DNA from: Squalus acanthias
Lineage: Eukaryota
DNA: 64,000 bases
Reading direction: 5' to 3'
NCBI GenBank assembly: GCA_030390025.1
Contig: CM059433.1
Coordinates: 32,118,001 to 32,182,000 of the forward strand
In this document: positions 61,989 to 64,000 of the stretch, piece by piece
Layout of the letters: the number at the start of each line of letters is the position of its first letter
How positions within the stretch are numbered: position 1 is the stretch's first letter
Notes under the pieces: generated by a model
The model's database searches: none
The model's input: only the letters and a program-made list of their open reading frames with translations
Told to the model about the DNA's origin: nothing
Position numbers and translations under genes: made by a program

Positions 61989-62270
61989 TCCGATCTTCGG
62001 GTAAGCGTTCTCCAAGGCAGCCTTCGAGACACACGACAACGCAAAATCATCGAGCAGAAACTGATAGCCAAGTTCCGCACCCATGAGGATGGCCTCAACC
62101 GGGATCTTGGGTTCATGTCACGCTACATGTAACGCCACCTGACGTAGAGTCATCCAGACTCGAGTCATCATTGGCTTCTTCACAGATGCGGCCGGACCTG
62201 CTGTGATTTCCAGCAAAAAAAAGTAACAAGTTAAAAGTTTTTGGTTTTCCATACAGACTGCAGCATCTGC
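61989..62270 (+). mobile_element. Penelope-like 3' fragment (GIY-YIG end plus degenerate hammerhead)
   Basis: DLRVSVLQG.LRDTRQRKIIEQKLIAKFRTHEDGLNRDLGFMSRYM*, followed by CTGACGTA-GAGTC(ATCCA)GACTC-GAG. Confidence 0.75.
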
Positions 62271-62463
62271 CACATCAGACCCCTTGTGACCCCACCTCAT
62301 TGTCTTTGTTGTATTTTGCTATCGTCTTTGATGTAATGTCTTCCTGACTGTAAGGGGTTTTGTCGTGCTTGTATCGCAGACGGTGCTGGTGCGGGGTTAG
62401 GCCTTCGTTGCCTAATACTATTGCTTGCTCTGGTCTCCGGCCAGCCTTGTTGCAATAAGCACC

Positions 62464-64000
62464 TGTGAGTGGTTCGACCCACTCGCCCTTACGGTTCTAA
62501 CACTGGACTTAGGTGCGAGAGCAGTAATGCAGAGAAAAACTCAAATAGACCCGGTGGAATAGTACGAAACGGAAATCTTTATTGCATAGCGTCCAAAATC
62601 ATGAAGTACATGTCATAGGTGCAAATTAACGAGAGTACAAGTATACATACATTCATAAAGCTTGGTCTATGGTAATGAAGAACGCACGGCACATCGTAAA
62701 AAGGGGAACACATTATACTTTATCCTTAATAAAACCACCCTCCCCTATCAATACCTACACTACATCTAGATTTGTAGGATCTGGAAACATGCTCACCACT
62801 CGTGATACTTCGGAGAATTTTAAAGTGAGGCACTCGGCTCGTTTCGCTGCAGCGCCTGACTGTCACATGTTTGGAGGGGTCTCTGTACCCCACTTGTTTA
62901 TCTTCGCTGCTGCGGCAAGCAGGCTGGGCTCCCCGTTGTCAAGAAGAACTCGACAGCACTCGGGCCCGGCTGTAGAATTCAAAGAAAAGTCTTCCTGTAC
63001 CGACACCAGTTGTCGGTAGAATTCAAAGAAGAGTCTTTGACCGGTTCGTGCAGTAACCTGTAGAGTTCAAGAAATGGGTCGTATATTTTCGGGCGCAGTC
63101 GGGGTTTACTGACCGCGGCGGCACGTGGATTCTTCTTCTTCTCTTGTCATTTTGTCTTGTCTTGTTGGGCCTTCGGGTCCAAACACCGTTTACCGACTCT
63201 CGGGATGGTGCGCCCGGTCACTGGCCTTCGTCGAGGCGACTCGTTCCAATTGAGCCCCACCCAACATTCGAATAACCGTCCAGTGCGGCTAAAGTCCAGA
63301 GTCAACAGAGTCCAGAGAAAACACAGAAGGCTGCTCGTCCAGCAGAGCGATACCCGAGGATCAGAATAGGAGAATAAAAGTTCAGCCCGAGTCAAGAGTC
63401 CGCAGAGATAAGAGAGCGATGGACATTTGTTCACTATAGTTATAATGCTGTGTTCCCTTATCTCCCGCCCAAATCTTAATGTTTGTCCTTTGTGAAATAT
63501 TGGCGCTCAAAACTCCCAGCATGGGATGATTCTTGTCTTTAACGGGTTTCGGTAGCACCTGAGACTGGCACACTACCTGTTAATGTTTTCCCCATTGTTG
63601 GCCCAGCCAGGATCGTATGAATTGTCTCCCTGACTGGTTTTGGGGGCCCCCGAATACTTGTTTAATCACCCGAGAATGGCTCTCTCATTGTAGAGCCGTG
63701 GGGGTATTTGTGTATTGATGTGTCTGGATGGGCCTTCGATTGCCCAGTACAATGGTCCTTACTTGTGCATGGAAAACGATTCCAGCACTCATATCTTTTG
63801 CTATTGTCACAAATGCAAACAGGTTGCATCCTGTCTTTATCAGTGCTTATCGAGTATGATCCCGTCTTATATTGAAAATGTTTATTCGAACGCCATCTTG
63901 TCTGCCCACTGTACTTCTGGAAGCTTCTGCCACGAAGCGCGCCGGCCATTTTACAGGCTTCTGTGTCCTTTATATCATGACAGCATTTCGTTTAAATAAA
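62464..64000 (-). mobile_element. Putative LTR/retrovirus-like segment running off the window
   Basis: The minus strand ends ...CTCACA at 62464, with AATAAA at 62578-62583. Three ~45-bp direct repeats GTAGA(A/G)TTCAA at ~62972, 63017 and 63060. CpG-rich relative to flanks; no long ORF. Confidence 0.35.

Overview
Eukaryotic, repeat-dense window, most likely from a cartilaginous fish (inferred from V-SINE/HE1-type and Deu-SINE/SacSINE-type SINEs, CR1 LINEs with an SGNH-esterase ORF1, and Penelope-like units). No host protein-coding gene can be confidently identified; nearly all long ORFs are transposon-derived. The window holds many CR1 and L2 fragments, a decayed Gypsy element with short LTRs, an RTE LINE with a ~198-bp target-site duplication, Penelope-like palindromes carrying minimal hammerhead ribozymes, Harbinger-type MITEs, and two LTR-like segments. 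The most notable system is three copies of a ~3.3-kb non-autonomous PIF/Harbinger element. It keeps a three-exon Myb/SANT plus heptad coiled-coil gene, which in one copy is a single 1-nt frameshift from intact. Its convergent putative transposase gene is reduced in all three copies to the same 227-bp stub with no catalytic core.
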